The notes: a model not told the origin generated them from the sequence alone. Positions 42,973 to 53,481 are shown, counted from the stretch's first letter. The stretch is DNA of 64,000 nucleotides from Trueperaceae bacterium (GCA_965215565.1 CBDCDZ010000004.1:3808001-3872000), one strand, 5' to 3'. A program made the numbers and translations.

Positions 42973-44280
42973 CTACTTTGCCACGCCCCATGCGAAGCGC
43001 TCCCAAGAGCGACACTGATCGCGGTTTGCAATAAGTGGCGCGTCACCTGCGGACTCGGCGACGACGTATTTGTCGGTGTATTCGCTCTTGAGGCACACCG
43101 TGCCATCTTGGTTCGTCTGCCAGGTGTAGCGGTCTTCTACGCCGATGCTACTACCGTCGGCGTAGAGTGACCTGCCGTCTACGGCTGCTACATACTTGCC
43201 GATTTTCACGCTGCGCAGCGCCACTTTACCGTCACCTGCCTCGACAACGCTGAACTGGTCTTCCGCGCCGAGCTGGTCTCCGTCCGCACGAAGGGCAACG
43301 TCGTCGCTCCAGGCGCTTACAAACTTGTTGTTCTGAGCCTTGAGCCACACTGTTTCGCCGATAGGAACGCTGCCACTGGGGTTAGGGTCAGAGGGTTCCG
43401 GTGACGGTGCGGGGTCAGGCGAGGGTTCCGGTGCGGGATTGGCAGGTTCGCTGCCACCTGGCATCACGTCGCTGTAGGAGGCGCTGCTGTCACCGACGCG
43501 GACGTCGTCGAAGAAGATGACGCGGCTACTGTGGTCGGACTGTCTGTTGCTGTACTTGTAAAAACCATACTTGAAGTAGGGCGCGAGTTCGTCGTTGTAG
43601 CCGCAGCCGACACCGCGCCTACTCAACACCGACTCGCCGTCTTGCCACATCTCGACAACGCCCTCACCGAACGGATCGAATTTGATGTGAAAGACGAAGC
43701 TGACCCAGCGGTTTTTGGGCACCTTGCCGAGCGAGACCTCGACTTCCTGCTTTTTCTCCTCGTTTACGTTGACCCTTTTAGGGCTGTAGGCGCAGCTAAA
43801 GACCATGTCATCACGCCTCACGTCTAAAAGTGCGATGGGGTTGCGCCAGTCCTCACCTTCGTCGAAGTCGGGTCTGCCGTGCCACTGCGCGATGATTTCG
43901 GGGCTCACGTCAGTCCGCATCCCGTCCTCGGGGAAGTAGACCTTGAAGCCGTACCAGAACTCGTTAGCTTGTTTGAACGGAGTGCGCTCAACTGTTTTTA
44001 ACTCCGCCCCTTTGGTTTCGCGGGAGCCGTCATAGTCGCCTTTGCGGTGTTCGAAGCGCATCGCCTCGCCGCCTCCTTGCGGGCTTTCAGTGACCCTACA
44101 GGAGTAGTCGAAAGGGCACTCCGTCCCCCACGCACCAGACCACCTCCCCGAATCAAAGGTGTCGTTGTAGAGAAGTTCGGTCGCACTCGGCGCGACCTGC
44201 TCGCTCGGCTCGGTCTGTGAGCACGCCGCCAATAATAAAAGTGCCGCTAGACCTAAGCAGCGCGTTGACCCTCGTAACAT
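42973..44280 (-). CDS. Lipoprotein: polysaccharide-lyase-like domain + Pro-rich linker + fascin-like beta-trefoil
   Basis: LLAAC lipobox; WYGFKVY, IIAQWH, YFKYGFYK; VALRS..GKYV repeats and WERF. Confidence 0.72.
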   Translation of the reverse strand: MLRGSTRCLGLAALLLLAACSQTEPSEQVAPSATELLYNDTFDSGRWSGAWGTECPFDYSCRVTESPQGGGEAMRFEHRKGDYDGSRETKGAELKTVERTPFKQANEFWYGFKVYFPEDGMRTDVSPEIIAQWHGRPDFDEGEDWRNPIALLDVRRDDMVFSCAYSPKRVNVNEEKKQEVEVSLGKVPKNRWVSFVFHIKFDPFGEGVVEMWQDGESVLSRRGVGCGYNDELAPYFKYGFYKYSNRQSDHSSRVIFFDDVRVGDSSASYSDVMPGGSEPANPAPEPSPDPAPSPEPSDPNPSGSVPIGETVWLKAQNNKFVSAWSDDVALRADGDQLGAEDQFSVVEAGDGKVALRSVKIGKYVAAVDGRSLYADGSSIGVEDRYTWQTNQDGTVCLKSEYTDKYVVAESAGDAPLIANRDQCRSWERFAWGVAK

Positions 44281-44661
44281 TTGCTCTCCCTAACTGCGAC
44301 GAGTACAACTCGATTCGGACCAAATGTGTAGATACCGCCTGGCACACGTACTCGGTCGCGCTTTCTACCCGGTGTGGACTCTGAATTTCGAACTGTTGCC
44401 GCAAAACTGAATGTTCTACGCTACTGTGTTAGCCGATGACCTTATTTGTCATCCCACCTTTCTCAAAATGTTGCCCGTACTCGCTCTCTTCGAACCGCAC
44501 ACACATCGTCACGGGCGGCTGAGCTGAGGTGTTTATAGCACCTTGTGAATGCGCACGTTGAGTTAAAGCAGGCGTGAGTTCGGGGGGGAGCTGCCGTAGC
44601 ATCCTCCAAGTTTCACCGACTTTGAAGACCAAACTGACGGAGCCGAGAACGGTGTAGTTCC

Positions 44662-45156
44662 CTAGTCTCTGGAGCGGACGCGGATGATGTTCAGCCCCTC
44701 CGCTTCGGTAGGTAGCTCGAACCAGCCCGCAAACATCTCCAACATCTCTTGTGTGATCTCGTACGTTCCTGCGTCCAGCACCGCGTTTCGCGCCTCTAAC
44801 CGAGCTTGAAGTTCTAAAAAGGGGATGTCAAAAAAGTAGAGCAGCGGAGTTGCGCCTGCGGTTTGGGCTCGAGCCTGGAAATCCAACCTCTCTTTCCGCT
44901 TCCAAAATCCGAAGTCCAAAACGACGTTGACCTCTAACTCCAAAAGCCACCGCGCGACGTTCCACAAGAGGTCTTTGATCACCCTCAACCGCTCGTCGAA
45001 TACTGCGCGCGGCATGTGGTGACCGTAGAGGTCTATCATCCACTCATCTACGGAGAAGCGCACCGCGTTTTCCTCTCGCTCTAACCTCTTCGCGTAGGTG
45101 GTCTTACCGGAGCCCGTGAGCCCGCACATCATAAAAACGGTAGGGCGCTCGCTCAC
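44662..45156 (-). CDS. AAA_33-type P-loop kinase
   Basis: [18 protein letters not shown]; overlaps the rfbA stop. Confidence 0.82.
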   Translation of the reverse strand: MSERPTVFMMCGLTGSGKTTYAKRLEREENAVRFSVDEWMIDLYGHHMPRAVFDERLRVIKDLLWNVARWLLELEVNVVLDFGFWKRKERLDFQARAQTAGATPLLYFFDIPFLELQARLEARNAVLDAGTYEITQEMLEMFAGWFELPTEAEGLNIIRVRSRD

Positions 45157-46016
45157 TTCAAGAGGGCGAGCAGATACTGACCGTATTCATTCTTCTTCAT
45201 CGGACCCGCAAGCTCAGCCAAGGTCTCCGCGCTTATCCAGCCTTTGCGGTACGCAACCTCTTCCAAGCAGGCGATCTTGAGCCCTTGGCGCTGCTCGATG
45301 GTCTCGACGAAGTTCGAGGCTTGCAGGAGCGATTCGTGCGTGCCCGTATCCAGCCACGCCATGCCGCGCCCCATCATCTCGACGTGGAGCTGGTTTTGGG
45401 CTAAGTACGTTTTATTTACGTCGGTGATTTCTAGCTCGCCCCTGGGCGAAGGTCTGAGGTTTTTCGCGATGTCTAGCACCTGATTGTCGTAAAAATAGAG
45501 ACCCGTTACAGCGTAGTTCGACTTGGGTTTTTCGGGCTTCTCCTCCAAGCTCACGGCCTTGCCCGCTCCGCCGAACTCCACCACGCCGTAGCGCTCAGGG
45601 TCGCGCACGTAGTAGCCGAAGACGGTAGCGCCCTCCTCCAAAGAGGTCGCGCGGCGTAACTGCTGACCGAAACTCTGCCCGAAGAAGATATTATCGCCCA
45701 AAATGAGGCAAACCGAATCGTCACCGACGAACGCGCGCCCGATGATGAAGGCTTGCGCTAAGCCTTCAGGCTTGGGCTGCTCGGCGTAGTGGAGTGAGAG
45801 CCCCCACTGCGAACCGTCGCCCAAGAGCCGCTCGAAGCTCGCTCTGTCATGCGGCGTGGTGATGATGAGTACGTCGCGGATATCCGCGAGCATCAGGACG
45901 GATAGGGGGTAGTAGATCATCGGCTTGTCGTAAACCGGGACGAGTTGTTTGCTGAGAGCCCTCGTCGCAGGGTAGAGGCGCGTGCCGGAGCCGCCTGCTA
46001 AGATGATACCTTTCAT
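45153..46016 (-). CDS. rfbA: Glucose-1-phosphate thymidylyltransferase
   Basis: [36 protein letters not shown]. Confidence 0.97.
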   Translation of the reverse strand: MKGIILAGGSGTRLYPATRALSKQLVPVYDKPMIYYPLSVLMLADIRDVLIITTPHDRASFERLLGDGSQWGLSLHYAEQPKPEGLAQAFIIGRAFVGDDSVCLILGDNIFFGQSFGQQLRRATSLEEGATVFGYYVRDPERYGVVEFGGAGKAVSLEEKPEKPKSNYAVTGLYFYDNQVLDIAKNLRPSPRGELEITDVNKTYLAQNQLHVEMMGRGMAWLDTGTHESLLQASNFVETIEQRQGLKIACLEEVAYRKGWISAETLAELAGPMKKNEYGQYLLALLK

Positions 46017-46314
46017 ATTACGGGACCTTTCATAAGAGGTCACTGTAGCATCCGGCGGTGAGGGCGAGGCGATTCGCAGATTGTCTCGAGGGCGCGTTGT
46101 GATACCGGAGTGAAGTTTAGATGTCGTAGTTTGACATCTAAACCGCGCGTGAGCGCGTACCCTCGGGCGCGCTCAATTTACGACATCCTTGAATCAGGTT
46201 GGTATGAAGTGTAGGCGATGTAGAGTGTGGGCAATATGGTGTAGGGGTTGGTCCCAAACCAACTCCTACGTCAGCGTCACATTATATAGCAATTAACATA
46301 AGTACTGATTGGAA

Positions 46315-46501
46315 TAGCGCAAGTCTCAGCCATAAACTAGCGGGATTTCATTCTCAAATGTGCGTGCTGCTTTCTGAAAGCCCGCAGGGACGAAATTTTC
46401 GCAAAGCGAATGACGTAGTTTGCCGTTAGGCAACGGTGTTCTACATCGTGAGAGCGTCTCTTCGCATAACTTCGTTCACTCAAACCAAATGATACTTTCT
46501 A
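46315..46501. mobile_element. Highly degenerate MITE family A copy
   Basis: ATGTGCGTGCT, TTTTCGCAAAGCGAA and CTCAAACCAAATGATAC shared in order with 5215-5399. Confidence 0.55.
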
Positions 46502-46527
46502 TAGTCGTTTCGTATTCCGTGCTCCGG

Positions 46528-47511
46528 CTAGCTGAAGCTCATCACCGATTTATGCCCCTCCACGATCACCTCTTCCGCCTCGACAATTCGTGCGATGGTC
46601 TCCACAGTCGCGTCTAAGTAGCTCCGCCCATCCGGTAAAAAGCTCTCCGCGTCTAAATATCCCCTGGGTCCGGTATGGTCCGCCGGTCCCATTGAGATGA
46701 GCTTGATGATGCCCTGCTGCTTCGCCTGGTTCCACGCCGAATAGGGCAGGATAGGCCACCGCCCTGGAAAGAGAAAATTACCCGTGCGCTGCACCATGTC
46801 GCGCCGCCCATAGAGGTGATAGACGTGCTCCAAAGCGAGAAGTCCGGGGTCCGAACTTATGACGCCGCCCAAGGACACGACGCTGATGGGCGCGCCCAAC
46901 ATTGAACGCAGATGCGGCGCAGCGCCCACCGCAATCTGCCCGCCGCCGCTGTAGCCGATGAGCGTCACCGGGACGCCGCTAGCGGGTTCGTAGCCGTGCA
47001 ACTCTAGACCCCTTGAGATCATCTCGGCAGAGCCCTGGTTGTAAATCGGTCCGTAGCGGCTGTCGGCGGAAACTGCAACCTGCCAGATGTTGCGAAAGTT
47101 GATGAGCGCCCCCGCGAGTCCGGGCCCGCTCAGCTTGCGCTTGAGCGCCCAGCGCCAGAACTTGGCGAAGATGCGCCCGCCGGTCAGGGCGCGGTTGGTG
47201 ACCGAGTAGGGAAAGATATCGTCTACCACGACGACTTTATCCGTCAACCTCTTGCGCAAACGCTTCAAAAAGACGACTTCGCGCTCGGCGTACGCCTCCC
47301 CCGAGACGCTATGAATGCCTGACAAGAAGACGACAAACCCTTCCGCGCCCTCCGCCCTGTAGAGCGCTCTAACGTGCTCCTCCTCTTTGGGGTGCCGCCC
47401 GTACCAGCCCGCCCACCAGCCGAGTGCCTCGAAAGGGGAGAGGATGCCCGCAATCAAGAAGCCGACGACGAGCACGGCGAGCAGGGTGAGTGCATCAGGT
47501 AGGAGCATCAC
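46528..47511 (-). CDS. Alpha/beta-hydrolase-like protein with N-terminal TM
   Basis: LIGYSGGGQ nucleophile-elbow motif; GTGA overlap with the upstream gene. Confidence 0.7.
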   Translation of the reverse strand: MMLLPDALTLLAVLVVGFLIAGILSPFEALGWWAGWYGRHPKEEEHVRALYRAEGAEGFVVFLSGIHSVSGEAYAEREVVFLKRLRKRLTDKVVVVDDIFPYSVTNRALTGGRIFAKFWRWALKRKLSGPGLAGALINFRNIWQVAVSADSRYGPIYNQGSAEMISRGLELHGYEPASGVPVTLIGYSGGGQIAVGAAPHLRSMLGAPISVVSLGGVISSDPGLLALEHVYHLYGRRDMVQRTGNFLFPGRWPILPYSAWNQAKQQGIIKLISMGPADHTGPRGYLDAESFLPDGRSYLDATVETIARIVEAEEVIVEGHKSVMSFS

Positions 47512-48203
47512 TTGTCCCTCTCGCCATTCCCTTCGTACAAGTCGCGGAGTTCTTGGCGCGTCGTGGTGAGCGGGACGCCCGCCGTGAGCCGCTTGAGCCG
47601 CCTCGAGAGGGCGATGATAGGCCGTCCGATGGTGCGCTGCAAGGCTTGCCAGAGCAGCCAACCGAGGGCGCTGCAGACGAGCGCTTGCGTGAGGGTGAGG
47701 TCCAAGGTTGCCGACACCGCCACAATCACCGCGAGCAAGCTCCAGAGCGACAAGAGCGCGAAAATCGGCACGCCGAAGTACGGCGCGAGCGCAAAGAACG
47801 AGAAGAGGTAAGGTGCGTAACCGAGCCCTACCGCCTTCGCGATGGTATTGAAGTCCACCTCGCGTCCATAGAGGTACGTGCCTACAAACCAGATGCTCAA
47901 GGTCCAGAAGAGGTAGCTGAAGAGGAAAATCGCCGCCGAAAGCGCCAGCGACGCCACAAAACGCTTAGGCTTGACGCGGTTAGCGAAGAGTACGACGCTC
48001 TGACCTAGCGATTCGGAAAAGCCCGCGAAAAAGACGACGAAGACCACAGCGAGTAGCCCCCAGGTTTCACTCTGAACTAGCAAAAATACCTCCTGCTCGA
48101 GCGTCAAAGCGCGCCTCACCACCTCGAGAAAGGGAATGTCGGTAAGAGGTGGTAGCGCCGCAGCAAGAACGACTAATAGGTCAGAGTAAGGCATGAGACT
48201 CAC
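47508..48203 (-). CDS. Yip1-like membrane protein
   Basis: SESLGQSVVLFANRV, VGLGYAP; about 5 TM segments. Confidence 0.7.
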   Translation of the reverse strand: MSLMPYSDLLVVLAAALPPLTDIPFLEVVRRALTLEQEVFLLVQSETWGLLAVVFVVFFAGFSESLGQSVVLFANRVKPKRFVASLALSAAIFLFSYLFWTLSIWFVGTYLYGREVDFNTIAKAVGLGYAPYLFSFFALAPYFGVPIFALLSLWSLLAVIVAVSATLDLTLTQALVCSALGWLLWQALQRTIGRPIIALSRRLKRLTAGVPLTTTRQELRDLYEGNGERDK

Positions 48204-48290
48204 TTTTTAAGGTACGAATGTGGTGTTTTGCACGTTGCAGACCCTTGTATGAAGAAACGCTTGAGATTGCACACGACGTAAGGGGTACAT

Positions 48291-48330
48291 GAAAAAGGCG
48301 TAAACACACCTTCAAGTTTACGCCTTTTTC
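48291..48330. terminator. Hairpin terminator
   Basis: GAAAAAGGCGTAAAC-N10-GTTTACGCCTTTTTC. Confidence 0.7.
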
Positions 48331-48500
48331 ACCTCTTGATTTATGTACGGAGCTGATGCGCGCCAGTTGTGGGGGTTGCGCTCGAGGATTTGAAGTGGGC
48401 TCGAGGCTCTTGATTTTTGTAAAAGAGGAACGCGCGAGCCTATCTTCTCGACGCGGCTTCTCCCCGTGACTTCACTACCGAGATGCTGTTTACCTACTCG

Positions 48501-49133
48501 TTACCTAAATGCAGGGTCGCCTTGCGCCCCGTCTCCATCAATGACGACCGGACCCTGCGCGACGCCCGCGTACTCCTCCTCGTCGAAGGGAACGAGCAGC
48601 GCGCCCGTCATCTCGTAACCCGCCGCGCCAAATTCACTCGTGCGTCCTTGTGCGCTTATCGTGCCCGCAACTGAGACGACATCTTGCGCGTCGTCATGCG
48701 GTAGCGGATAGGTAGGCTTGACGTAGACGATCTGGTTGGCGGGCGGCGGTGGTACGTGGATACACGCGCCTAAAAAGGGCACGAGTAGAAACTCGCTGAC
48801 CGCCTCTTCATCGCTCGAGAGCGGCACGACGTAGCCCGACACCTTGACCGCTTGCCCGTCCAACGCCTCGACGAGTGGGGTGCTTTGCAAAGTCTCGCGC
48901 ATTACCGCCTCGCTGTCCTCAGCCTCCCAGGGGAAGGACTGGTAGGAAGGCTCATAGCCCGCAGGCATGAGGCTGCCCCAGGCGAGCGCGGTGGGCTCCA
49001 ACGTCTCGAACGCCCTCGTCGCGACCTGCTGCGCCAAGCCGAGCGGCGTGCCCGCTTCGGGTTTACTGCCACACGCGGCGAGCAAGAGTGTCAGGCTGGT
49101 GAGCATAGTAACCGTCCATCTCACGTTCATCAT
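48501..49133 (-). CDS. DUF3299 lipoprotein (Zrg-type zinc locus component)
   Basis: LLAAC lipobox; GYVVPL, FLLVPFLGACIHVPPPPANQIV; GGAGAGG RBS. Confidence 0.85.
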   Translation of the reverse strand: MMNVRWTVTMLTSLTLLLAACGSKPEAGTPLGLAQQVATRAFETLEPTALAWGSLMPAGYEPSYQSFPWEAEDSEAVMRETLQSTPLVEALDGQAVKVSGYVVPLSSDEEAVSEFLLVPFLGACIHVPPPPANQIVYVKPTYPLPHDDAQDVVSVAGTISAQGRTSEFGAAGYEMTGALLVPFDEEEYAGVAQGPVVIDGDGAQGDPAFR

Positions 49134-49330
49134 CCTCTCCACGTTTTGAGTATAGAGGCTCATCTCTCCTCTTGGTGTCATGCCTTTCTTATCGTCATGT
49201 CTTTCGCCCCAACCTCTTTGCTCCAAAGCTGCGCGGACCGATTGAGTTCTCGAGCAAGAACTCAGGTAAGAATAAGCCTTTATTCCGATGTATCCCACCT
49301 CTTCAACTGACCTCTTCACGCTCCTCCCTC

Positions 49331-50596
49331 TTACACCCGCACCGTCAAGCCGTCCGCGAGCGAATTGCGGTAGGCACGGTACGCCGGCACGAGCCCGGTG
49401 AGAACGCCCGCGCCAATCACAACCGCGAGCAGGGTGAGGTCGAAGGGTCCAGGCGGCGTGATGGCGATGTAGAGCCCATACTCGTTGGCTATCCAGGGGC
49501 GCAGCCCGGCGAGAAAGGTGTAGAGCAGCGCGACGCCTAAAGCGCAACCCACCACGGTAAAGAGCACGGCTTCGGCGCTGAGCAGCATGAAGACGTGCCA
49601 GGGACGTGCGCCCACCGAGCGCAAAATTGCCATCTCGCGCCGCCTTTCGCTGAGGCTCGAGAGAATCGCGCTCAGCATCCCGATGAGCCCGCTCAGCACC
49701 ACGAAGCCGGAGACGATCAGCAGCGCCCGCTCCGCCGCCCCTAAAAGGTTCCACAGTTCCTGTAAGGCGACGCCGGGTAGCACCGCCAAGAGCGGCTCGC
49801 GCCGGTAGTCATTGATGTCGCGCTGGAGCCTGAAAATTGCCGTCTTAGGCTCCACGCCGACTAGAAAAGCGGTAATGGCGTTCGGGGTCAGGTCGCGCGT
49901 CCGCGCCTCCTCCGCACTCACGCGCTGACTAGGGACGGGCACGCCGCTCCGCCAATCGATATGCATCGCCTCGATACCCGCCAAGCTCACGTGGACGGAG
50001 CGGTCCACGGGCGTGCCTGTCTTCGCTAGGATGCCTACTACCGTAAAGGGCTTGTCGCGGTGGTCGAGCAGGGTCGTGTCGCTCGTGCCGTGAGCGATGA
50101 CGATCTCCTGCCCGGCGGTGTAGCCCAAAGTTTTCGCCACGTCCGCGCCGAGCACCGCGTCGTAGACGCCGCTGAAAGGCTCGCCCGCTGTGAAGCGCAG
50201 TGGGCGAGAGCGCCCGTAGCGGTAGTGCTCGAAGTACGCCTCGCTCGTGCCGACGACGCGGAAGCCCCGGTGCGAGTCGCCGAGCGAGATGGGCACGGTC
50301 CAGGCGACGTTGGGATGGGTGGCGACTTGCTGATAACTTTGCCAGGTGATGTTGTTCGTCGCGTCACCGATGCGGAAGACGCTGTACAAGAGGAGCTGCA
50401 TTCCGCCGCTCCGTGCGCCCACCACGAGGTCCGTCCCCGAGATGGTATTGGCGAAGCTCGTTCTAGCCTCCGTGCGCACCTTCTCGACACCTAAAAGGAG
50501 CGTCACGCTGATGGCGATGACCAAGACCGTGAGGAGCGTCGTGCCCGCGCGGTTGAGCATACTCTTGACGGTTAAGCGGAGGAGCTTGACGAACAT
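49331..50596 (-). CDS. MacB/FtsX-type ABC permease (Zrg-type)
   Basis: PISLGDSHRGFRVVGT, ERRREMAILRSVGA. Confidence 0.88.
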   Translation of the reverse strand: MFVKLLRLTVKSMLNRAGTTLLTVLVIAISVTLLLGVEKVRTEARTSFANTISGTDLVVGARSGGMQLLLYSVFRIGDATNNITWQSYQQVATHPNVAWTVPISLGDSHRGFRVVGTSEAYFEHYRYGRSRPLRFTAGEPFSGVYDAVLGADVAKTLGYTAGQEIVIAHGTSDTTLLDHRDKPFTVVGILAKTGTPVDRSVHVSLAGIEAMHIDWRSGVPVPSQRVSAEEARTRDLTPNAITAFLVGVEPKTAIFRLQRDINDYRREPLLAVLPGVALQELWNLLGAAERALLIVSGFVVLSGLIGMLSAILSSLSERRREMAILRSVGARPWHVFMLLSAEAVLFTVVGCALGVALLYTFLAGLRPWIANEYGLYIAITPPGPFDLTLLAVVIGAGVLTGLVPAYRAYRNSLADGLTVRV

Positions 50597-51342
50597 TAAG
50601 CTACCTCCGAAGCGTGGTTGAGTGTCCGTAGGTCGAGGCTGCGGTCGAAGAGGTGCTCGAGGCTCCCGTCGTGGCTCACAAACAGGAGCGTCATCCCGGC
50701 GCGGTCACACTCCTCGAACAGTAAACGGATAAAACTCTCGCGGGTGTCGGCGTCGAGCGCTGAAGTAGGCTCGTCGGCGATGAGCAAGTCGGGGCTGCCG
50801 ATGAGAGAGCGCGCCGCCGCCACGCGCTGCTGCTGCCCGATGCTCAGTTCGGTGACGGGGCGCGACTGAAGCGCACCGTTTAATCCTAAGCGGCTCAGCA
50901 GCCGCGCCGCCTCCTCGTTCACCGCACCCAACGCCTTTGTCCGCGCCTCACGGCGTTTTGAAAAGGTCAGCGCCAGCGTCACGTTTTCCAACACCGAAAG
51001 GTAAGGAATAAGGTTGAACATCTGAAAGATGAAGCCGATGTGGTCCGCCCGGAATGCGTCGCGCCGCGCCCCGCGCAAAGCGGAGACCGCTACGTCGCCC
51101 ACTGTGACGGTGCCCTGTTGCGGGACGATGACGCCCGCAACCAGGTTGAGCAGCGTGCTCTTGCCGCTGCCCGAAGGCCCTTTGAGGAAGACCTTCTCGC
51201 CTTGGCAGACAGCGAATGCGCTAATATCCAGCACAAGAGGTGCGCCCTGCTTCCAGCGGAAGTGAATATCCTCGAGCTTCACCAAAGCGGCTCGAGGGTG
51301 CGTCTCAGCTACCGCTACCGAATCGTGGTCCGTCACCGTCAC
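50596..51342 (-). CDS. ABC ATP-binding protein (Zrg-type)
   Basis: GPSGSGKST, LSIGQQQRV, ADEPT. Confidence 0.9.
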   Translation of the reverse strand: MTVTDHDSVAVAETHPRAALVKLEDIHFRWKQGAPLVLDISAFAVCQGEKVFLKGPSGSGKSTLLNLVAGVIVPQQGTVTVGDVAVSALRGARRDAFRADHIGFIFQMFNLIPYLSVLENVTLALTFSKRREARTKALGAVNEEAARLLSRLGLNGALQSRPVTELSIGQQQRVAAARSLIGSPDLLIADEPTSALDADTRESFIRLLFEECDRAGMTLLFVSHDGSLEHLFDRSLDLRTLNHASEVA

Positions 51343-51400
51343 AACGCTAGTGTATCCTCATCCGCTCTGCTCGAGAAGGAGAAAAATCTCTCAAAAAATC

Positions 51401-51590
51401 GAGCAATGAGCAACGAGCAATGAGTTGAAAGTGGAAAGATAAAACTCAGGTAGTGGTTCTGAGTCGAATACCGCCCTATACTATCTCTACGTGGTGAACA
51501 AGGGGTTTCAACCCCTTGCTTTGACATCAGCATCATTTTAGATAAAGCCACTACCAAAACTCATTGCTCATTGCTTTCAACTCATTGCTC
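51401..51590. repeat. GAGCAAT heptamer tandem arms in inverted orientation (host site of MITE B)
   Basis: GAGCAAT GAGCAAC GAGCAAT GAG ... CTCATTG CTCATTG CT; similar element without insert at 56741-56803. Confidence 0.7.
51449..51555. mobile_element. MITE family B (GGTAGTGG/CCACTACC TIR, 8-bp TSD AAAACTCA)
   Basis: AAAACTCA at 51441-51448 and 51556-51563 flanks perfect 8-bp TIRs. Confidence 0.8.
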
Positions 51591-51591
51591 C

Positions 51592-52200
51592 TTAAAACGT
51601 AAGCTGCGTGTCCGTCGTCGGGCTCAGTTCCGCTGCGCCCTGCCCACTCGGGAGGACGTATTGCACGTCTAAGTCCTCGATGCCCGGATAGAGCGCGAAA
51701 AGCTCACGCAAGCTGACGCTGTTCAAGCTGTCCGACTGGGCGCAGGTAAAGGTGTAGGTGGCGTGGAATTCGCTGTGGACTGCGCCTTCTTCGCCCTCTT
51801 CGTCGCTGTGGTCATCCGCGCCGCCGGTCTCCTCGTCGCTGTGTTCCTCGCCTTCCTCGTGACCCTCTTCGCTCGTGACCTCCCGCTCGACCTCTTGGTC
51901 TGACAGCTCACAACCTGCGGCTTCGGCTGGACTGAAAAGCGCCGCGCCGTCCTCTAACTGCGCCAGCGCGTCCTCGACTGCCGCTTCCTCCTCAGGAGTG
52001 GCAGGCTCGTACTCGAAGCCGACGAGGTTCACCGCCAGGCTCACAAACTCCATGTTGAGCGTCTCGCCGTCCAACACCACGGAGAGCGCCGCCGCGCCGT
52101 GCTCGTGGGGTTCCTCCTGTACGAAACCGCCCGTCTGCGCCGCTCCGAAGGAGGCGAGAGAAAAGAGCGCGACACCTGTACTAATGAGAATCTCTTTCAT
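51592..52200 (-). CDS. DUF2796/ZrgA-like zinc-binding secreted protein
   Basis: Signal peptide, HEHG, NLVGFE, His/Glu-rich loop, HSEFHATYTFTC. Confidence 0.85.
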   Translation of the reverse strand: MKEILISTGVALFSLASFGAAQTGGFVQEEPHEHGAAALSVVLDGETLNMEFVSLAVNLVGFEYEPATPEEEAAVEDALAQLEDGAALFSPAEAAGCELSDQEVEREVTSEEGHEEGEEHSDEETGGADDHSDEEGEEGAVHSEFHATYTFTCAQSDSLNSVSLRELFALYPGIEDLDVQYVLPSGQGAAELSPTTDTQLTF

Positions 52201-52360
52201 TACTGACCTCTCCTTTGTTCTTTAATACATCATTTCTTCTCTACAAAAGCTAACTTAACAAAATGCTCGAGCTTCTTGATGAGAATAAGAAGTCATTGTC
52301 AACTCTGTGTCAGCGCATAACAGGGTAAGGGTACATGGCGACTTGCGCGGGCTCATCCTC

Positions 52361-53481
52361 TCAGTGATGATGCGCGTGCTCCAACTCCCCCTCTTTGAGT
52401 GTTAAGCGGTCCCCGCGAAACATTAAAGCGGCGATGAGCGTGGTGAAGGGCACGGCGAGGATGAGCCCCACCGAGCCGACGAGCGTGTGCACCACCTCGG
52501 AGGCGACGAGTTCGAGGTTCAAGGCCCGCATGAACGTGAAGTCGCTGAGCGTCAAGAGGACCAAAAGCGGCAAGGCTGCGCCCGTATACGCCAACACGAG
52601 CGTGTTCACGAGCGAGCCGATGTGGTCGAGCCCGACGTTCATGCCGCGCTTGTAAAGTTCCGCCAGCCCGAAGTTCGGGTTGACGTGCGCCAACTCGCGA
52701 ATCACGCTCGCCTGCACGATGGTGATGTCGGTCAGCGCTCCGAGTGCGCCGATGAGAAGCCCTGCTAAAAGGAGTCCTTTGAGGTTGACTTGACTCGCGC
52801 CGTACGAGATAAACGCCGCCTCATCGCTCCCGAAACCCGTGAGGTGCGCCGCCTCGGTGAAAAAGATGCCTAAGCCCATCGTCGCGAGCACTGCCGCAAA
52901 CGTACCGATGAGCGCCGCCGTCGTGCTCCACGAGAGCCCGTGCACGAAGTAAATGGCTAAGATGAGGATACCGCCGACGCCCAAAAGTGAGACGAGAATG
53001 GGGTTCCAGCCACCCAAGATGCTCGGCACAACAAAGCCGATGACGATGGCTAAGCTCGAGGCAGTCGCGAGAAACGCCCTGAGCCCCTTGCCCCGCGCAA
53101 CCGCGACTGAGACGCCCAAAAAGAGAAGGACGAGCCAGAACAGCGCAGGACGCCGTATCCAGTCCGACACGACGTACTGGCGTGTCCCGTCCGGCCCCGG
53201 CGCGTAGTAGATTTCGACGCGCTCGCCCGGCTCAAAATCGGGCAGGTCTGAAGGCAGACCGACCTCTTCGGGCAGCGGCTGACCTAAGTCGGCGGAGATG
53301 ACCTCGCCGCTAGATAAACGCACCTCGGCGAAGCGTGTTTGTTTACGGAGAGGATGCGCCCCTCGAGATACCCCACCTCAGCTGCTCTTTGCTGCGTACT
53401 TACTTGAGCTAAAACACCGCTCGAGCCCGTTAAGATAAGAACAAGGAGCAGCCACTTGTTCAGCGTCGCAATAGTTTGCAA
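52361..53481 (-). pseudogene. YibE/F family membrane protein, frameshifted near 53338
   Basis: C-terminal frame has GALTDITIVQAS and DHIGSLVNTLVLAYTG; the signal-peptide N-terminus is in another frame. Confidence 0.7.

Noticed and set aside
44281..44660. Second riboswitch or small ORF upstream of the lyase/fascin gene
   Set aside because: No recognisable aptamer motif, and the ORFs lack credible starts.
48196..48214. Third TACCTTA-N5-TAAGGTA site
   Set aside because: Only the TAAGGTA half is present.
48501..49754. 417-aa ORF as a single protein
   Set aside because: The N-terminal half is an off-frame overlap of the permease; the real DUF3299 lipoprotein starts near 49133.
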